Shown here piece by piece: positions 30,312-41,667 of a stretch of DNA of 64,000 nt (the stretch's first letter is position 1; every line of letters starts with the position of its first letter). The notes beneath the pieces were generated by a model. The model had not been told where the DNA came from. It did no database searches and saw only the letters and a list, made by a program, of their open reading frames with translations. The position numbers and the translations under genes are program-made. This stretch comes from an uncultured Eubacteriales bacterium (GTDB lineage: Bacteria > Bacillota > Clostridia > Oscillospirales > Acutalibacteraceae), in assembly GCA_934462705.1 (NCBI GenBank), contig CAKSIH010000001.1, forward strand, positions 47,761-111,760, written 5' to 3'.

Positions 30312-30674
30312 CTACTTTATTAATTTTTTTGTAATGTCACACACGATGGGCAAACATATTTTTTTACTTTTTATTGCACCGCATATGCCCATTATTGCGA
30401 GAACCAACCATGCAACGGATATACCTATAAAGAGGAGAAAAATTATAATTTCAAATTCTTCTTCCAAAATTTGAAATAAAAGAAAGCTTACAATTGCAGT
30501 AACAGTACCGACAGTTAACATTAAGAGAAATAATACTTCACCCTGTTTGTTATGGAACTTTAATTGTTCGGAGTCTTTTTCTACAGAGAAGCGCCCAATT
30601 AAGAATAAAGGACCAATGTAAGAAAGTGCGGACAAAAGTTTTATATTAACTTTATTATACTTTAAATTATTCAT
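30312..30674 (-). CDS. DUF4870-like small membrane protein
   Basis: LSALSYIGPLFLIG...KFHNKQGEVL pattern. Abuts its paralogue with no gap. Confidence 0.55.
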   Translation of the reverse strand: MNNLKYNKVNIKLLSALSYIGPLFLIGRFSVEKDSEQLKFHNKQGEVLFLLMLTVGTVTAIVSFLLFQILEEEFEIIIFLLFIGISVAWLVLAIMGICGAIKSKKICLPIVCDITKKLIK

Positions 30675-31452
30675 AGGTTTTAATCTCTATTTTTTCAATT
30701 ATAATTGGGGTGAGGGGTTTATCGTTTGTGTCTACTTTTACGTCTGCTATTTTATTAACAACCTCTAGCCCCTCAAAAACTTGAGCAAAAACAGTATGTC
30801 CTTTTTGTGCTGTGTTTAGGTACCCGTCAAGATGAGGGTTTCCACCGTATTCATTATATAAATTTTTAACTTCATCTGTAACCTTAGACATGTCAATTGT
30901 GCCGCCATAGTTTTGTGTAAACACTTTTGGATTAGATTTATATACCTTATACGCATATTCAGCATTATCCCAGCCTGAAAAGCTTTCTTTACCGCCTTGA
31001 TTTATAAAAAATTGGCTACCATTTGTGTTTTTGCCGCTATTGGCCATGGCAACAGCACCAGTTATATTGAATAAGTTTGGACTAAATTCATCTTCAAAGG
31101 GTTTCCCCCAAATGCTTTCGCCACCAGTTCCATTACCATTTGGGTCACCGCCTTGAATCATAAAGTCTTTTATTACCCTGTGAAATGAAAGACCATTATA
31201 ATAACCATTTTTTGAGTGTGTTATAAAGTTTTCAGTAGCCTTTGGAGCTTCGCTTTTGAAAAAACGCAGTTTGATTTCTCCTAAGCTTGTTGTCATAACA
31301 GCAATTTCTTCGCCTTTTTCAGGCATATCTAGCTGATATCCAACTGAATTTTTAACATTTTGAGGCTCAGCATTTCCCGAAGAGCAACCGTACAAACCTA
31401 TTATAGGAGTTAAACCCATTAACACAAGTTTTTTGAATAAAGATACTTTCAT
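30667..31452 (-). CDS. Peptidyl-prolyl cis-trans isomerase (cyclophilin type), lipoprotein
   Basis: Lipobox GLYGCS. FHRVIKDFMIQGGDP and SQFFIN cyclophilin motifs. Confidence 0.9.
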   Translation of the reverse strand: MKVSLFKKLVLMGLTPIIGLYGCSSGNAEPQNVKNSVGYQLDMPEKGEEIAVMTTSLGEIKLRFFKSEAPKATENFITHSKNGYYNGLSFHRVIKDFMIQGGDPNGNGTGGESIWGKPFEDEFSPNLFNITGAVAMANSGKNTNGSQFFINQGGKESFSGWDNAEYAYKVYKSNPKVFTQNYGGTIDMSKVTDEVKNLYNEYGGNPHLDGYLNTAQKGHTVFAQVFEGLEVVNKIADVKVDTNDKPLTPIIIEKIEIKTYE

Positions 31453-31594
31453 AAGAATTGATAATCCTTTCATTATTATTATAGTTTTTATTTTAGAACA
31501 TTTTATTTAATAATTCAATAGAGGAATTTTAATAGTAATAAAGCTAAGATATATTTGCATATAGATTACCATACGAACAATGGGAGGAAACAAA

Positions 31595-32569
31595 ATGATA
31601 GACTTTTATCCGGAAGGATGGCTTATTGACACCTTAGAAAACAGATTGGCAATGCAGTCTGCATCTAATTTAGCTGAGGCATATAGCGAAAAAAGAATCT
31701 TGGAAGCAAGGGCGATGGTATGTGATGGAGATCACAATTTAATAGTTGACCTTGGATGCATGAAAGGGATTATACCTCGTGAAGAAGGAGCAATTGGGAT
31801 AAAGGAAGGTACTGTAAGGGATATTGCAGTTATATCACGGGTAAATAGACCGGTATGCTTTATTATAACAGGGTTTAAAAAAGGGATCGATGGCAGAAAT
31901 ATAGCTCTACTATCTAGAAGGGAAGCCCAGATTATATGCTGGGAACAATTTTTAAGGCATTTAAATATAGGCGACATTATAGATGCAAAGGTTACACATC
32001 TTGAGCCATTTGGCGCTTTTGCAGATATAGGTTGCGGAATAGTTTCACTTCTTCCGATTGACACTATTTCAGTATCCAGAATAGATCATCCGAGAGAGAG
32101 ATTTTCTGTGGGAATGGATATAAAGGTTGTAGTAAAATCTATTGATAACGGGAGAATAGGCTTAACGCACAAGGAGCTGTTGGGAACTTGGGAACAAAAT
32201 GCAGCATTTTTTTCAACTGGCGAAACAGTTGCAGGTATTATAAGGTCTATCGAATCATATGGTGCTTTTGTGGAATTGTCTCCGAATCTTGCAGGTCTTG
32301 CAGAGCCTAAAGAAGGCATAAGACCTGGACAACAGGCAAGTGTTTATATAAAAAATATTATTCCGTCAAGAATGAAGATAAAACTAATTATAATCGACAC
32401 ATTTGATTATGACTATAAAGCAAGTAGTCCACAGTATTTTTATACGGGCAACCATATGGATAGGTTTCAATATTCTCCACAGAGCTCGGAGCGTGTTGTT
32501 GAAAGTATATTTAGTAGCGAAGCGACGTCTGTTGGAGAAGATAAAGAGTGCGAATATATATATACATAA
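31595..32569 (+). CDS. S1 RNA-binding domain protein
   Basis: Repeated S1-like blocks (GDIIDAKVTHLEPFGAFADIG, GETVAGIIRSIESYGAFVEL). GGGAGG RBS 7 nt before the ATG at 31595. Confidence 0.7.
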   Translation: MIDFYPEGWLIDTLENRLAMQSASNLAEAYSEKRILEARAMVCDGDHNLIVDLGCMKGIIPREEGAIGIKEGTVRDIAVISRVNRPVCFIITGFKKGIDGRNIALLSRREAQIICWEQFLRHLNIGDIIDAKVTHLEPFGAFADIGCGIVSLLPIDTISVSRIDHPRERFSVGMDIKVVVKSIDNGRIGLTHKELLGTWEQNAAFFSTGETVAGIIRSIESYGAFVELSPNLAGLAEPKEGIRPGQQASVYIKNIIPSRMKIKLIIIDTFDYDYKASSPQYFYTGNHMDRFQYSPQSSERVVESIFSSEATSVGEDKECEYIYT

Positions 32570-32570
32570 A

Positions 32571-32603
32571 AAGAGGGTAGATCCTTTTGGGTCTATCCTC
32601 TTT
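32571..32603 (+). terminator. Terminator after S1-domain gene
   Basis: AAGAGGGTAGATCC-TTTTG-GGTCTATCCTCTT followed by TTT. Confidence 0.75.
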
Positions 32604-32651
32604 TTGGCTATTCAGTTAAGTTAATTAATTTTTATGGCATATAAGCTAAAT

Positions 32652-33218
32652 TTATTTATGTGGAAGCTTAGGACCATTAGGGGGAATGATTAATTTAGGA
32701 CGTATTTTTAGCACATACATAATTGTAACTACATGAATTGAGTAATCGTACATTAAAAATACAATGTTAGAGAAAATTAACATAAGATACGGAAGGGGTA
32801 TTCCTTCTATTACTATTGTATCTTGCGGAATGAGAAGTATATTTACAGCAATTAAATACGATAAAATAGTAGTTGTGTTGAAGATTAAAAACTTTATAAT
32901 TAATCTTAAAAACTTAAATTTTAATTTTGACAAGGCAAATTTCAAAATAGGATAGTAACCCAAAAACAGTATAAACAAAATTACAGCTTCCTTGTCAGCT
33001 GCTAAAATAATGGATAGCAAAGATGTTACAATATAGGAATAAAAAGCATGCTTGCAGCCGACTTCTATTATTATAGGTAGAAGCAAGGCTCCGGAAATAG
33101 CAGGTAGGGCATATGTACCTATTGGAATTATGCCAGTTAAAATCATTGTAACACCGGAAAGAGCTGATATAATTGAACAAAAGGCCAGCCGATAACTTTT
33201 TTGCACTAATTTCACCAT
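32652..33218 (-). CDS. Polytopic membrane protein, unknown family
   Basis: About 5 hydrophobic helices. No motif recognised. Confidence 0.5.
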   Translation of the reverse strand: MVKLVQKSYRLAFCSIISALSGVTMILTGIIPIGTYALPAISGALLLPIIIEVGCKHAFYSYIVTSLLSIILAADKEAVILFILFLGYYPILKFALSKLKFKFLRLIIKFLIFNTTTILSYLIAVNILLIPQDTIVIEGIPLPYLMLIFSNIVFLMYDYSIHVVTIMYVLKIRPKLIIPPNGPKLPHK

Positions 33219-33231
33219 CCAAAATAAAATT

Positions 33232-33858
33232 TTAGCAGCATCTTATTATATCTCCACCCATACATTCACAACAACAATCTGCGCACAACAAAGATGTACA
33301 TACATCACAAGCACTACAGCCACATCCCAATGGAAGTGGATTTATACGGGGGCTTTCAAAATTCCCCTGACGGTCGTTTTTTAATTTATTTAGCGCAGCG
33401 GCATACTCTCCGTTGCTAGGATCCATATTACATGCATCGGAGAAGTTTTTATATGCCTCTTCAAGCCAACCCTTTTTATATAAAATGCTTCCTTTAAGAA
33501 AATACCATTCTGCATCTCTTATGCTTTGAGGAACGCCATTTAATATTTGTTCAGCATCAGTTATTCTATCCTCTATTATAAGTTTCCTCACATCACTATA
33601 TGCACTTCCATGAGATTCATAATTTTCATAAGATGTATTATTTTCAGGTATGGGTGTAGTTTTCCTTTCGTCCATTATTTGATCGTAAGCTGATATAATG
33701 GTTTTCATTTTTTCCGCAGCGAACTCTTTTAACTGACTATCTTCATAATTGACAGGATCATATTTTATTGCAAGTTTTTTATAAGCTGCACGTATTTCGT
33801 CATCAGACGCATCTCTTTCAACGCCTAAAAATCTATATGGATCATTCACAAATATCAC
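33232..33858 (-). CDS. J-domain-like protein with TPR-like middle region and Cys-rich C-terminus (HPD motif absent)
   Basis: DPYRFLGVERDASDDEIRAAYKKLAIKYDPVN aligns to a J domain, but canonical KYHPD reads KYDPV. The C-terminal 40 aa contain 12 Cys. Confidence 0.65.
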   Translation of the reverse strand: MIFVNDPYRFLGVERDASDDEIRAAYKKLAIKYDPVNYEDSQLKEFAAEKMKTIISAYDQIMDERKTTPIPENNTSYENYESHGSAYSDVRKLIIEDRITDAEQILNGVPQSIRDAEWYFLKGSILYKKGWLEEAYKNFSDACNMDPSNGEYAAALNKLKNDRQGNFESPRINPLPLGCGCSACDVCTSLLCADCCCECMGGDIIRCC

Positions 33859-34720
33859 TCTTTTCTTTATTTAATACCTTTTTCTGTGTTTCTTGCAATC
33901 CGTAATAAATGACATTATCAAGGACATCTTTAAACTTATGAATGTCTAATAAATTATATGCGCTTATAAGTCTACCAAGGGTGTGGTTTAAAACAGGTTC
34001 AATTTTATGGTTTAATTCGCTATGTGACATAAGTTTTTGCAAGTTAAATACTTTTATAAACGGATTAAAATTATTACACTTAAAATCTTTTTCAAGGTCA
34101 TCAGCTGCATCTATAAGGTATATCCACCTGCCAAGAAAGTAACCAAATTCTTTTAAAATTACTTTTTGTTTGATATCTGAGGACAACAACTCAGCAATGT
34201 AAGATAATATTAAAGCTGAAGGTTCGGCACATGAATCTATGCTTGCATCCGGATTTGATTCAGCCATTTTCTGCGTTTGCATTTGTTTTCCAATAAATTC
34301 ATCGATATTTACAAACTTTTTACGAGCCTTTTTGTAAGATCGATTCAAAAGTTTTAGCAGAAAATATGCACATGATTTCTTAAAAAACTTTGAATCATTA
34401 ATATCATCCATCAATTTATAGTGTGTAAGTATTATTGATACAGAAGAAGCAAAGGCTATTTCATAAGATTTTTCATTACAGAAAGAACACCTTTTTAATG
34501 GGTTTAATGGACAATGAGACGAGGAAAATTTAAAATTGTCTTTGTTTGAAAGAGAAAGTGCAAGCATGGCTAAAAAGGTGGAATCATAGCTCAAGGTAAA
34601 CCTTGTTATTTTTCCAAAAGACTTTCCCATGTATTTGCAAATACTACAGTAAATGCTTTTGTACTCGGAAAAATGTTTTATTTTTAATTCAGGTTTGTAA
34701 ATTCTTATATATCCAAACAA
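33842..34720 (-). CDS. DUF5685-like protein
   Basis: MFGYIRIYKPELKIKHFSEYKSIYCSIC start resembles DUF5685. 17-nt overlap with the downstream J-domain gene. Family call from memory. Confidence 0.5.
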   Translation of the reverse strand: MFGYIRIYKPELKIKHFSEYKSIYCSICKYMGKSFGKITRFTLSYDSTFLAMLALSLSNKDNFKFSSSHCPLNPLKRCSFCNEKSYEIAFASSVSIILTHYKLMDDINDSKFFKKSCAYFLLKLLNRSYKKARKKFVNIDEFIGKQMQTQKMAESNPDASIDSCAEPSALILSYIAELLSSDIKQKVILKEFGYFLGRWIYLIDAADDLEKDFKCNNFNPFIKVFNLQKLMSHSELNHKIEPVLNHTLGRLISAYNLLDIHKFKDVLDNVIYYGLQETQKKVLNKEKSDICE

Positions 34721-34801
34721 ATAATCACTCTTCCAAATAAAATTTATTAATTTTATTTTACTATATTATTGTCCCTTAAAAATAAACTTTGTGTTAACTT
34801 T

Positions 34802-37636
34802 TTATTTTAAGAATGATTTTAAGTATTTTCCTGTATATGAATTTTCTACTTTGCAAATATTTTCAGGGGTACCTTTAGCAACGACATAGCCACCATTATT
34901 ACCGCCCTCAGGTCCTAAATCAATAATATAATCTGCAGTTTTAATAATGTCCAGGTTGTGCTCTATTATAACAACAGTATTGCCGGTATCAGTAAGCTTT
35001 TGCAAAATATTAATTAAATTGTGAACATCAGCAGTATGAAGCCCCGTCGTAGGTTCATCTAAGATATAAATAGTTTTTCCTGTGGGCCTTTTTGAGAGCT
35101 CTGTTGCAAGCTTTACACGCTGAGCTTCTCCTCCAGATAGCGTTGTAGCTGGTTGCCCAAGTTTTATATATCCAAGACCGACATCATTTAATGTTTTTAT
35201 TTTCCTGTATATTTTGGGAATATTTGCAAAAAATTCCATTGCTTCCTCAACTGTCATTTCAAGCACATCGTATATTGATTTTCCTTTATATTTTATTTCT
35301 AAGGTTTCTCTGTTGTAACGTTTACCATTACAAACTTCACATGGAACATATACGTCGGGCAGAAAATGCATCTCTATTTTTAAAACTCCGTCACCTTGGC
35401 AAGCTTCACAACGTCCGCCGTTTACATTAAATGAAAAACGTCCACTGCTGAATCCTCTAATTTTAGCATCACTTGTGGAGGCAAATAATTCACGTATATC
35501 GGTAAAAACACCTGTGTACGTAGCAGGGTTCGATCTTGGAGTTCTTCCAATTGGAGCTTGGTTTATGTCTATTACCTTATCAAGATGTTCTATTCCCTTT
35601 ATTTCTTTGTGGTCCCCAGAAATACATTTAACACGATTTAGTTTGCAAGCAAGCTCTTTATACAAAATTTCATTTATCAAAGATGATTTTCCCGATCCAG
35701 AGACTCCAGTTATACAAACAAATTTTCCAAGCGGAATATCAACACTTATATTTTTAAGGTTATTCTGTTTAGCACCTACTATTTTAAGCTTTTTTCCATT
35801 ACCTTTTCGTCTTTTTTTAGGAACTTCAATTTTTTTCTTACCGCTTAAATATTGACCTGTGATTGATTCATTGCATTTTTCAATATCATTAAAGCTTCCG
35901 CTGCAAACTACATTACCACCATGTACACCGGCGCCAGGCCCAATATCAACAATATAATCCGCGGCTTTTATGGTATCTTCATCATGCTCCACTACAATCA
36001 CAGTGTTACCAATGTCACGCAAATGCTTTAACGTTTCAATGAGTTTATCGTTATCACGCTGATGCAAACCTATGCTTGGTTCATCTAAAATATAAAGAAC
36101 CCCCATGAGAGAAGAGCCAATTTGTGTTGCAAGGCGTATTCGTTGACTTTCACCGCCGGATAAAGTTCCGGAGCTTCTTGATAAGGTTAAATATTCAAGT
36201 CCCACACTTTTTAAAAAGCTAAGCCGACTTTTTATTTCTCTGATTATTTGCTCTGAAATTATTTTCTCTTTATCGTTAAGCTTAAGATTTTTAATAAACT
36301 CTAAAATATCTAAAATGGATTTATCGCATAGTTCACTTATGTTAAGTCCATTAATTGTAACAGAAAGACTTTCCTTAGACAGTCGTTTCCCATTACATTC
36401 ATCGCATGGGATGCTATTCATATAAGTTTGAATTTCTTCTTTTACAAAATTGCTTTTACTGTCCCTATATCTCCTTTCAAGATTATTAATTATTCCCTCA
36501 AACTTGGCCTTGTAAGCATAAGAACCATGTTCACTCACCCTTGCAACATCTATTCTCTCTTCACCGGTGCCATATAAAATTTTATTCACAATATCTTCTG
36601 GAAGTTTTTCTATGGGGGTGTCTAAAGAAAAACCATATTTTTGAGAAAGCCCCTTAAAATACATAAAGGCTATGCTATTACCCTCCGTAGTCCATCCGCT
36701 TGCCTTAATAGCACCTTCATTTATTGATAGTTTCTTATTTGGAATTATTAACTTAGGGTCTATTCTCATGAAATGGCCAAGACCCATACACTTTTTACAT
36801 GCTCCATATGGGTTATTGAAAGAAAACATCCGTGGCGTCATTTCATCTATACTGATTCCATGCTCCGGACAGGCATAATTTTGAGAAAAAAGGATATCTT
36901 TAGTTGAGCCATCACTGTTTATTATATTTATAGTAACTAAACCTCCAGAAATGGATGCAGCAGCTTCAATAGAATCGGATAGCCTTGCGCGAATTCCATC
37001 CTTTATTATTAATCGATCTATTATAATTTCAATGGTGTGCTTTTTATTTTTCTCAAGATGAATATCTTCTGATAAATCTTTAATTTCTCCGTCAATTCGT
37101 ACCCTAATGTAACCATCTTTTTTAGCTTTTTCAAGTTCTTTTACGTGCTCTCCTTTTCTAAGCCGTACTATTGGTGCCAGAACCTGAAATTTGGTTAAAT
37201 CTTCAAATTTTAATATTCTGTCAACAATTTGGTCAACAGTTTGCTGTTTGATTTCCTTACCACAGATGGGGCAATGCAGAATGCCAATGTTTGCATATAA
37301 AAGACGGAAATAGTCATAAATTTCAGTTACAGTTCCAACTGTAGAACGAGGGTTTTTAGATGTAGTTTTTTGATCTATGGAAATAGCAGGTGAGAGGCCA
37401 TCAATGCTGTCTACATTGGGCTTTTCCATCTGACCTAAAAATTGGCGTGCGTAAGAGGACAAGGATTCAACATATCTTCGTTGTCCTTCCGCATATATGG
37501 TGTCGAAGGCAAGTGAGGATTTTCCGGATCCCGAAAGCCCGGTAAAAACTACAAGCTTGTCACGTGGAATTTTAACATCAATATTTTTCAAGTTGTGCTC
37601 TTTGGCACCCTTAACATGTATATAATTATTTGACAA
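34802..37636 (-). CDS. uvrA: Excinuclease ABC subunit A
   Basis: Two ABC modules ([18 protein letters not shown]), zinc modules CPxC...CxxC, 944 aa. Confidence 0.97.
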   Translation of the reverse strand: MSNNYIHVKGAKEHNLKNIDVKIPRDKLVVFTGLSGSGKSSLAFDTIYAEGQRRYVESLSSYARQFLGQMEKPNVDSIDGLSPAISIDQKTTSKNPRSTVGTVTEIYDYFRLLYANIGILHCPICGKEIKQQTVDQIVDRILKFEDLTKFQVLAPIVRLRKGEHVKELEKAKKDGYIRVRIDGEIKDLSEDIHLEKNKKHTIEIIIDRLIIKDGIRARLSDSIEAAASISGGLVTINIINSDGSTKDILFSQNYACPEHGISIDEMTPRMFSFNNPYGACKKCMGLGHFMRIDPKLIIPNKKLSINEGAIKASGWTTEGNSIAFMYFKGLSQKYGFSLDTPIEKLPEDIVNKILYGTGEERIDVARVSEHGSYAYKAKFEGIINNLERRYRDSKSNFVKEEIQTYMNSIPCDECNGKRLSKESLSVTINGLNISELCDKSILDILEFIKNLKLNDKEKIISEQIIREIKSRLSFLKSVGLEYLTLSRSSGTLSGGESQRIRLATQIGSSLMGVLYILDEPSIGLHQRDNDKLIETLKHLRDIGNTVIVVEHDEDTIKAADYIVDIGPGAGVHGGNVVCSGSFNDIEKCNESITGQYLSGKKKIEVPKKRRKGNGKKLKIVGAKQNNLKNISVDIPLGKFVCITGVSGSGKSSLINEILYKELACKLNRVKCISGDHKEIKGIEHLDKVIDINQAPIGRTPRSNPATYTGVFTDIRELFASTSDAKIRGFSSGRFSFNVNGGRCEACQGDGVLKIEMHFLPDVYVPCEVCNGKRYNRETLEIKYKGKSIYDVLEMTVEEAMEFFANIPKIYRKIKTLNDVGLGYIKLGQPATTLSGGEAQRVKLATELSKRPTGKTIYILDEPTTGLHTADVHNLINILQKLTDTGNTVVIIEHNLDIIKTADYIIDLGPEGGNNGGYVVAKGTPENICKVENSYTGKYLKSFLK

Positions 37637-37654
37637 ATTTTTTCTCCTTTAAAT

Positions 37655-39604
37655 TTAATTGTTTCGCAATTTATTTATTTTATCTCTTAAAAATGCTGCA
37701 TGTTCAAACTCTAAAAGTTTAGCAGCATATCTCATTTCTTTTTCAAGCTCTAAAATGAGTTTTTCTTTATCCGATTTTTTCATTTTTTTCGGTATTACAC
37801 TTGCATCGTGAGAGGAAATCTCAAGAATATCTGAAACCTTTTTAACTATGGTTTTAGGAGTAATACCATTTTTTAAGTTATAATCCATTTGAATTTTGCG
37901 TCTTCGTTCGGTTTCACGTATAGCGGTTTCCATCGCAGAAGTTACACTGTCTGCATACATAATAACCTGTCCATGCGCGTTTCGTGCGGCTCTGCCAATG
38001 GTCTGAATAAGAGACCGTTCAGAGCGTAAAAATCCTTCTTTATCAGCGTCTAAAATAGCAACTAACGATACTTCTGGTATATCAAGTCCCTCTCTTAAAA
38101 GGTTTATTCCGACTAAAACATCAAATTTCCCAAGTCTTAAATCACGTATGATCTCCATTCGTTCCACGGTATCTACACCAAAATGCATATATCGAACTTT
38201 TATATCAACATCTTGCAGGTATTGAGTTAAATCTTCAGCCATTTTTTTTGTAAGTGTAGTAACAAGTACGCGCTCCTTTTTTGAAATTCTAATATTTATT
38301 TCAGATATCAAATCATCTATTTGTCCTTCAATGGGTTTTACAATCACCTCAGGGTCAACAAGTCCAGTAGGGCGAATGACTTGTTCAACTATTTGGCTGC
38401 TTTTTTCTTTTTCAATTTCCCCAGGAGTGGCGCTTACAAATATAACTTGATTTATATGTGAATAAAATTCATCATAATTTAAGGGTCTATTATCATAAGC
38501 AGATGGAAGCCTGAAGCCATATTCTATTAAGTTTTCTTTCCTTGCTCTATCGCCCGCATACATTGCCCTTACTTGTGGTAGAGTTACATGAGATTCATCA
38601 ATAAACATTAAAAAGTCCTTTGGAAAATAATCTAAAAGTGTAAATGGTGAGCTTCCAGGTGCTCGTCCTGAAAGAACCCTGGAGTAATTTTCTATTCCCT
38701 TGCAAAATCCAATTTCCTCTAGCATTTCGATGTCATATCTTGTGCGCTGTTCTATTCTTTGGGCTTCAATAAATTTATCATTTTCTCTAAAGAACTTTAA
38801 TCTTTCTTGCAATTCATTTTCAATACCTAGAATAGCTGCGTGCATTTTTTCTTTTGGTACAATATAGTGCGACGCAGGATATATTGCAATATGCTTAATT
38901 ATTGCTTTAACATCGCCTGTAAGTGGGTTTATTTCAGAAATTCTATCTATTTCATCTCCGAAAAATTCTACACGTACAGCAGTATCATTAGATTGTGCGG
39001 GAAAGATTTCAACAATATCTCCCCGCACTCTAAATTTATTTCTAATAAAATTAACGTCATTTCTCTCGTACTGCAACTCAACAAGTTTACGCAAAAGCTC
39101 ATCTCTGTTTTTTTCCATTCCAGGACGAAGTGAAATAACCATAGTTTTATAGTCTATGGGGTTTCCAAGACTATAAATGCAGGACACGCTTGCCACAATT
39201 ATAACATCGCGGCGCTCAGAAAGTGCAGATGTAGCAGAATGACGCAGCTTGTCAATTTCATCGTTAATTGAAGAGTCCTTCTCAATATACGTGTCCGTTG
39301 ACGAAATATACGCTTCAGGTTGGTAATAATCATAGTATGAAACAAAATATTCAACAGCGTTATTTGGAAAAAATTCTTTAAATTCAGAGCATAATTGTGC
39401 GGCAAGAGTTTTGTTATGTGCTAAAACAAGGGTGGGTCTGTTTAACTTTTCAATTATGTTGGCCATAGTAAATGTTTTTCCCGATCCTGTAACTCCCAAA
39501 AGCGTCTGCTCTTTGTATCCCTTATTTATTCCATCAACTAATTTTTTTATTGCGTAAGGTTGATCCCCTGTAGGAGAATATTTAGAGTTAATTTTAAAAT
39601 CCAT
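37655..39604 (-). CDS. uvrB: Excinuclease ABC subunit B
   Basis: GVTGSGKTF Walker A, DESH box, C-terminal UVR domain ([11 protein letters not shown]). ATG at 39604 preferred. Confidence 0.97.
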   Translation of the reverse strand: MDFKINSKYSPTGDQPYAIKKLVDGINKGYKEQTLLGVTGSGKTFTMANIIEKLNRPTLVLAHNKTLAAQLCSEFKEFFPNNAVEYFVSYYDYYQPEAYISSTDTYIEKDSSINDEIDKLRHSATSALSERRDVIIVASVSCIYSLGNPIDYKTMVISLRPGMEKNRDELLRKLVELQYERNDVNFIRNKFRVRGDIVEIFPAQSNDTAVRVEFFGDEIDRISEINPLTGDVKAIIKHIAIYPASHYIVPKEKMHAAILGIENELQERLKFFRENDKFIEAQRIEQRTRYDIEMLEEIGFCKGIENYSRVLSGRAPGSSPFTLLDYFPKDFLMFIDESHVTLPQVRAMYAGDRARKENLIEYGFRLPSAYDNRPLNYDEFYSHINQVIFVSATPGEIEKEKSSQIVEQVIRPTGLVDPEVIVKPIEGQIDDLISEINIRISKKERVLVTTLTKKMAEDLTQYLQDVDIKVRYMHFGVDTVERMEIIRDLRLGKFDVLVGINLLREGLDIPEVSLVAILDADKEGFLRSERSLIQTIGRAARNAHGQVIMYADSVTSAMETAIRETERRRKIQMDYNLKNGITPKTIVKKVSDILEISSHDASVIPKKMKKSDKEKLILELEKEMRYAAKLLEFEHAAFLRDKINKLRNN

Positions 39605-39616
39605 ATATATCACCTT

Positions 39617-40309
39617 CTACAACTTAAAGATATCCTTACCAAGTTCAGTTTCAGATATGGCAACGCAGTCATTATCGGCTACAATGATATGATCTAAAAG
39701 TTTAACATTGACAATTCTTAAAACATCTTTTAAAGCCGCTGTAGTTTTCAAGTCATTTCTTGAAGGTAGAGCAATACCACTTGGATGATTATGAACTAAA
39801 ACGGCTTTACTTGCTCCATAATCGGAAGCAAGTTTAATAATTTTTTGAATGTAAACGTCAACGAAGTTTACGTTGCCATTGCCTATAATACCAGAAAATA
39901 GCAACTTCATTTTTATGTCAAGCAAAATGAGCATTATTTTTTCTTCCGATCTGCCAATAAAATTATTTATAGCCATCTTTCTAATTGAATCCATATCCAT
40001 TATTTTATTACGGTTATTGTGTTTGTCCAGTAAGTAAATTCTTGATATCTCTGGTATTAATTTTAACAAAATAGCGCTATTATATCCAATCCACTTTATA
40101 TTTATTAAATCTTCTAATGGAGCATCAAATACTGAAGATATAGAGCCAAAAGTACCGATTAAATCATGCGCAATATCGTTTGTATTTCTTTGAGAAAATA
40201 CATAAAATAGAAATAACTCAATTAATTCATGTTGTTCAAGACCGTCCGCACCGTATTTTATAAACTTATTTCTAAGACGGTTTCTGTGGCCGTTGTGATC
40301 CTTAGGCAT
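39617..40309 (-). CDS. radC: RadC-family JAMM-motif protein
   Basis: HNHPSG JAMM motif and N-terminal HhH-like region; 230 aa. Confidence 0.85.
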   Translation of the reverse strand: MPKDHNGHRNRLRNKFIKYGADGLEQHELIELFLFYVFSQRNTNDIAHDLIGTFGSISSVFDAPLEDLINIKWIGYNSAILLKLIPEISRIYLLDKHNNRNKIMDMDSIRKMAINNFIGRSEEKIMLILLDIKMKLLFSGIIGNGNVNFVDVYIQKIIKLASDYGASKAVLVHNHPSGIALPSRNDLKTTAALKDVLRIVNVKLLDHIIVADNDCVAISETELGKDIFKL

Positions 40310-40437
40310 TATATCACCATCCTTTAGATTTTAATATCATACAAAAATTTATAACTATATTATACAACAAATGTGCATTTTTGAAAAGTATTCAAATTTA
40401 AATTTAAATGATATAATTAAAATGGGTGATAAGTTTT

Positions 40438-41403
40438 ATGAAAACAATAGTTGTAGGAAAAAATGATGCGAACCAGAGAATAGATAAATTTTTATCTAAG
40501 TCGTTCAAGAGTTTACCAATTGCATTGATGTACAAGAAAATAAGAACGAAAGATATTAAGGTAAACGGAAAAAGGTGCAAGCCAGATACAAGATTGGAAG
40601 ATGGAGACGTTATAAGCATATACGTGAAAGATGAATTGCTGGAGCAGTCTTACTATAAATATGAGTTTCTAAAAGCACCGAATAATCTTATTATAGCATA
40701 TGAGGATGATAATGTCATTCTTGTAAATAAACCACAGGGGCTTATAGTTCATCCGGATGAAAATTATCAAGCCGATTCACTCATATTAAGAATTCAACAT
40801 TACCTATATGACAAGAAGGAGTACAATCCTTCAGATGAAAATTCATTTGTTCCGGCACTTGCGAATCGCATTGACAGAAATACTCAAGGAATTGTAATTG
40901 CAGCTAAGAATGCGTCTTCCTTAAGGATTCTCAATAGCAAAATTAAAAATAGAGAGTTAAAGAAGTTTTATTTATGTATGGTGCATGGAAAATTTGCATC
41001 TAAAGAAGGTACACTTAAGGCTTATCTTGAAAAAGACGAGAATAAAAATAGAGTGTATATACATAAAAATCCTAAGAAAAATGCAAAAACAATTTTGACC
41101 AAATATAAGGTCATTAAAGAAAAGGGCAATTTTAGCTTGCTTGAAATAGAACTTTTAACAGGAAGGACGCATCAAATTCGTGCACATATGGCATATTTGG
41201 GGCATCCTTTAGTTGGTGACGGAAAATATGGGAAGAATTTTTTAAACAAGGTAACAGGATATACCAAGCAAGCCTTATATTCCTATAAGCTCATTTTTGA
41301 TTTTGAAGAAGATGCTGGAATTTTAAATTACTTAAATAAGAAAGAAATATTGCTGCCAGTAAAACAATTTATGGAGGATTTTGAAAATTTAAAAGAATAT
41401 TAA
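40438..41403 (+). CDS. RluA-family pseudouridine synthase
   Basis: S4-like N-terminus, catalytic ANRIDRNTQGIVIAAK (HRLD-type) and TGRTHQIRAH motifs. Confidence 0.85.
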   Translation: MKTIVVGKNDANQRIDKFLSKSFKSLPIALMYKKIRTKDIKVNGKRCKPDTRLEDGDVISIYVKDELLEQSYYKYEFLKAPNNLIIAYEDDNVILVNKPQGLIVHPDENYQADSLILRIQHYLYDKKEYNPSDENSFVPALANRIDRNTQGIVIAAKNASSLRILNSKIKNRELKKFYLCMVHGKFASKEGTLKAYLEKDENKNRVYIHKNPKKNAKTILTKYKVIKEKGNFSLLEIELLTGRTHQIRAHMAYLGHPLVGDGKYGKNFLNKVTGYTKQALYSYKLIFDFEEDAGILNYLNKKEILLPVKQFMEDFENLKEY

Positions 41404-41458
41404 AAATTTTTTCTTGAAGTTAAGGTCGGATTTATAGTATAATTTAATTATTAATTAT

Positions 41459-41535
41459 CCGCCCGTAGCGAAGCTGGATATCGCAGCAGATTCCGATTCT
41501 GAAGGCCGGGGGTTCAAATCCCTCCGGGCGGGCCA
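41459..41535 (+). tRNA. tRNA-Arg (anticodon CCG)
   Basis: Hand-folded cloverleaf. Acceptor CCGCCCG/CGGGCGG, D stem GCGA/TCGC, anticodon stem with one G.A mismatch, loop TTCCGAT, T arm GGGGG-TTCAAAT-CCCTC, encoded CCA. The C1-G72 pair is unusual. Confidence 0.75.
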
Positions 41536-41611
41536 TCGGAGAGTCTCAGAACGCAAATTGCGTATGGGGCATTTTCTTTTTGATAGAATAATTGCTCACA
41601 AATAAAAGGCA

Positions 41612-41650
41612 AACCTGTATACTGTTAAAATAGCAGTATACAGGTTTTTA
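41612..41650. terminator. Bidirectional terminator
   Basis: AACCTGTATACTG-TTAAAATAG-CAGTATACAGGTT followed by TTTTATTTT. Confidence 0.75.
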
Positions 41651-41667
41651 TTTTGAAAACTATGATT

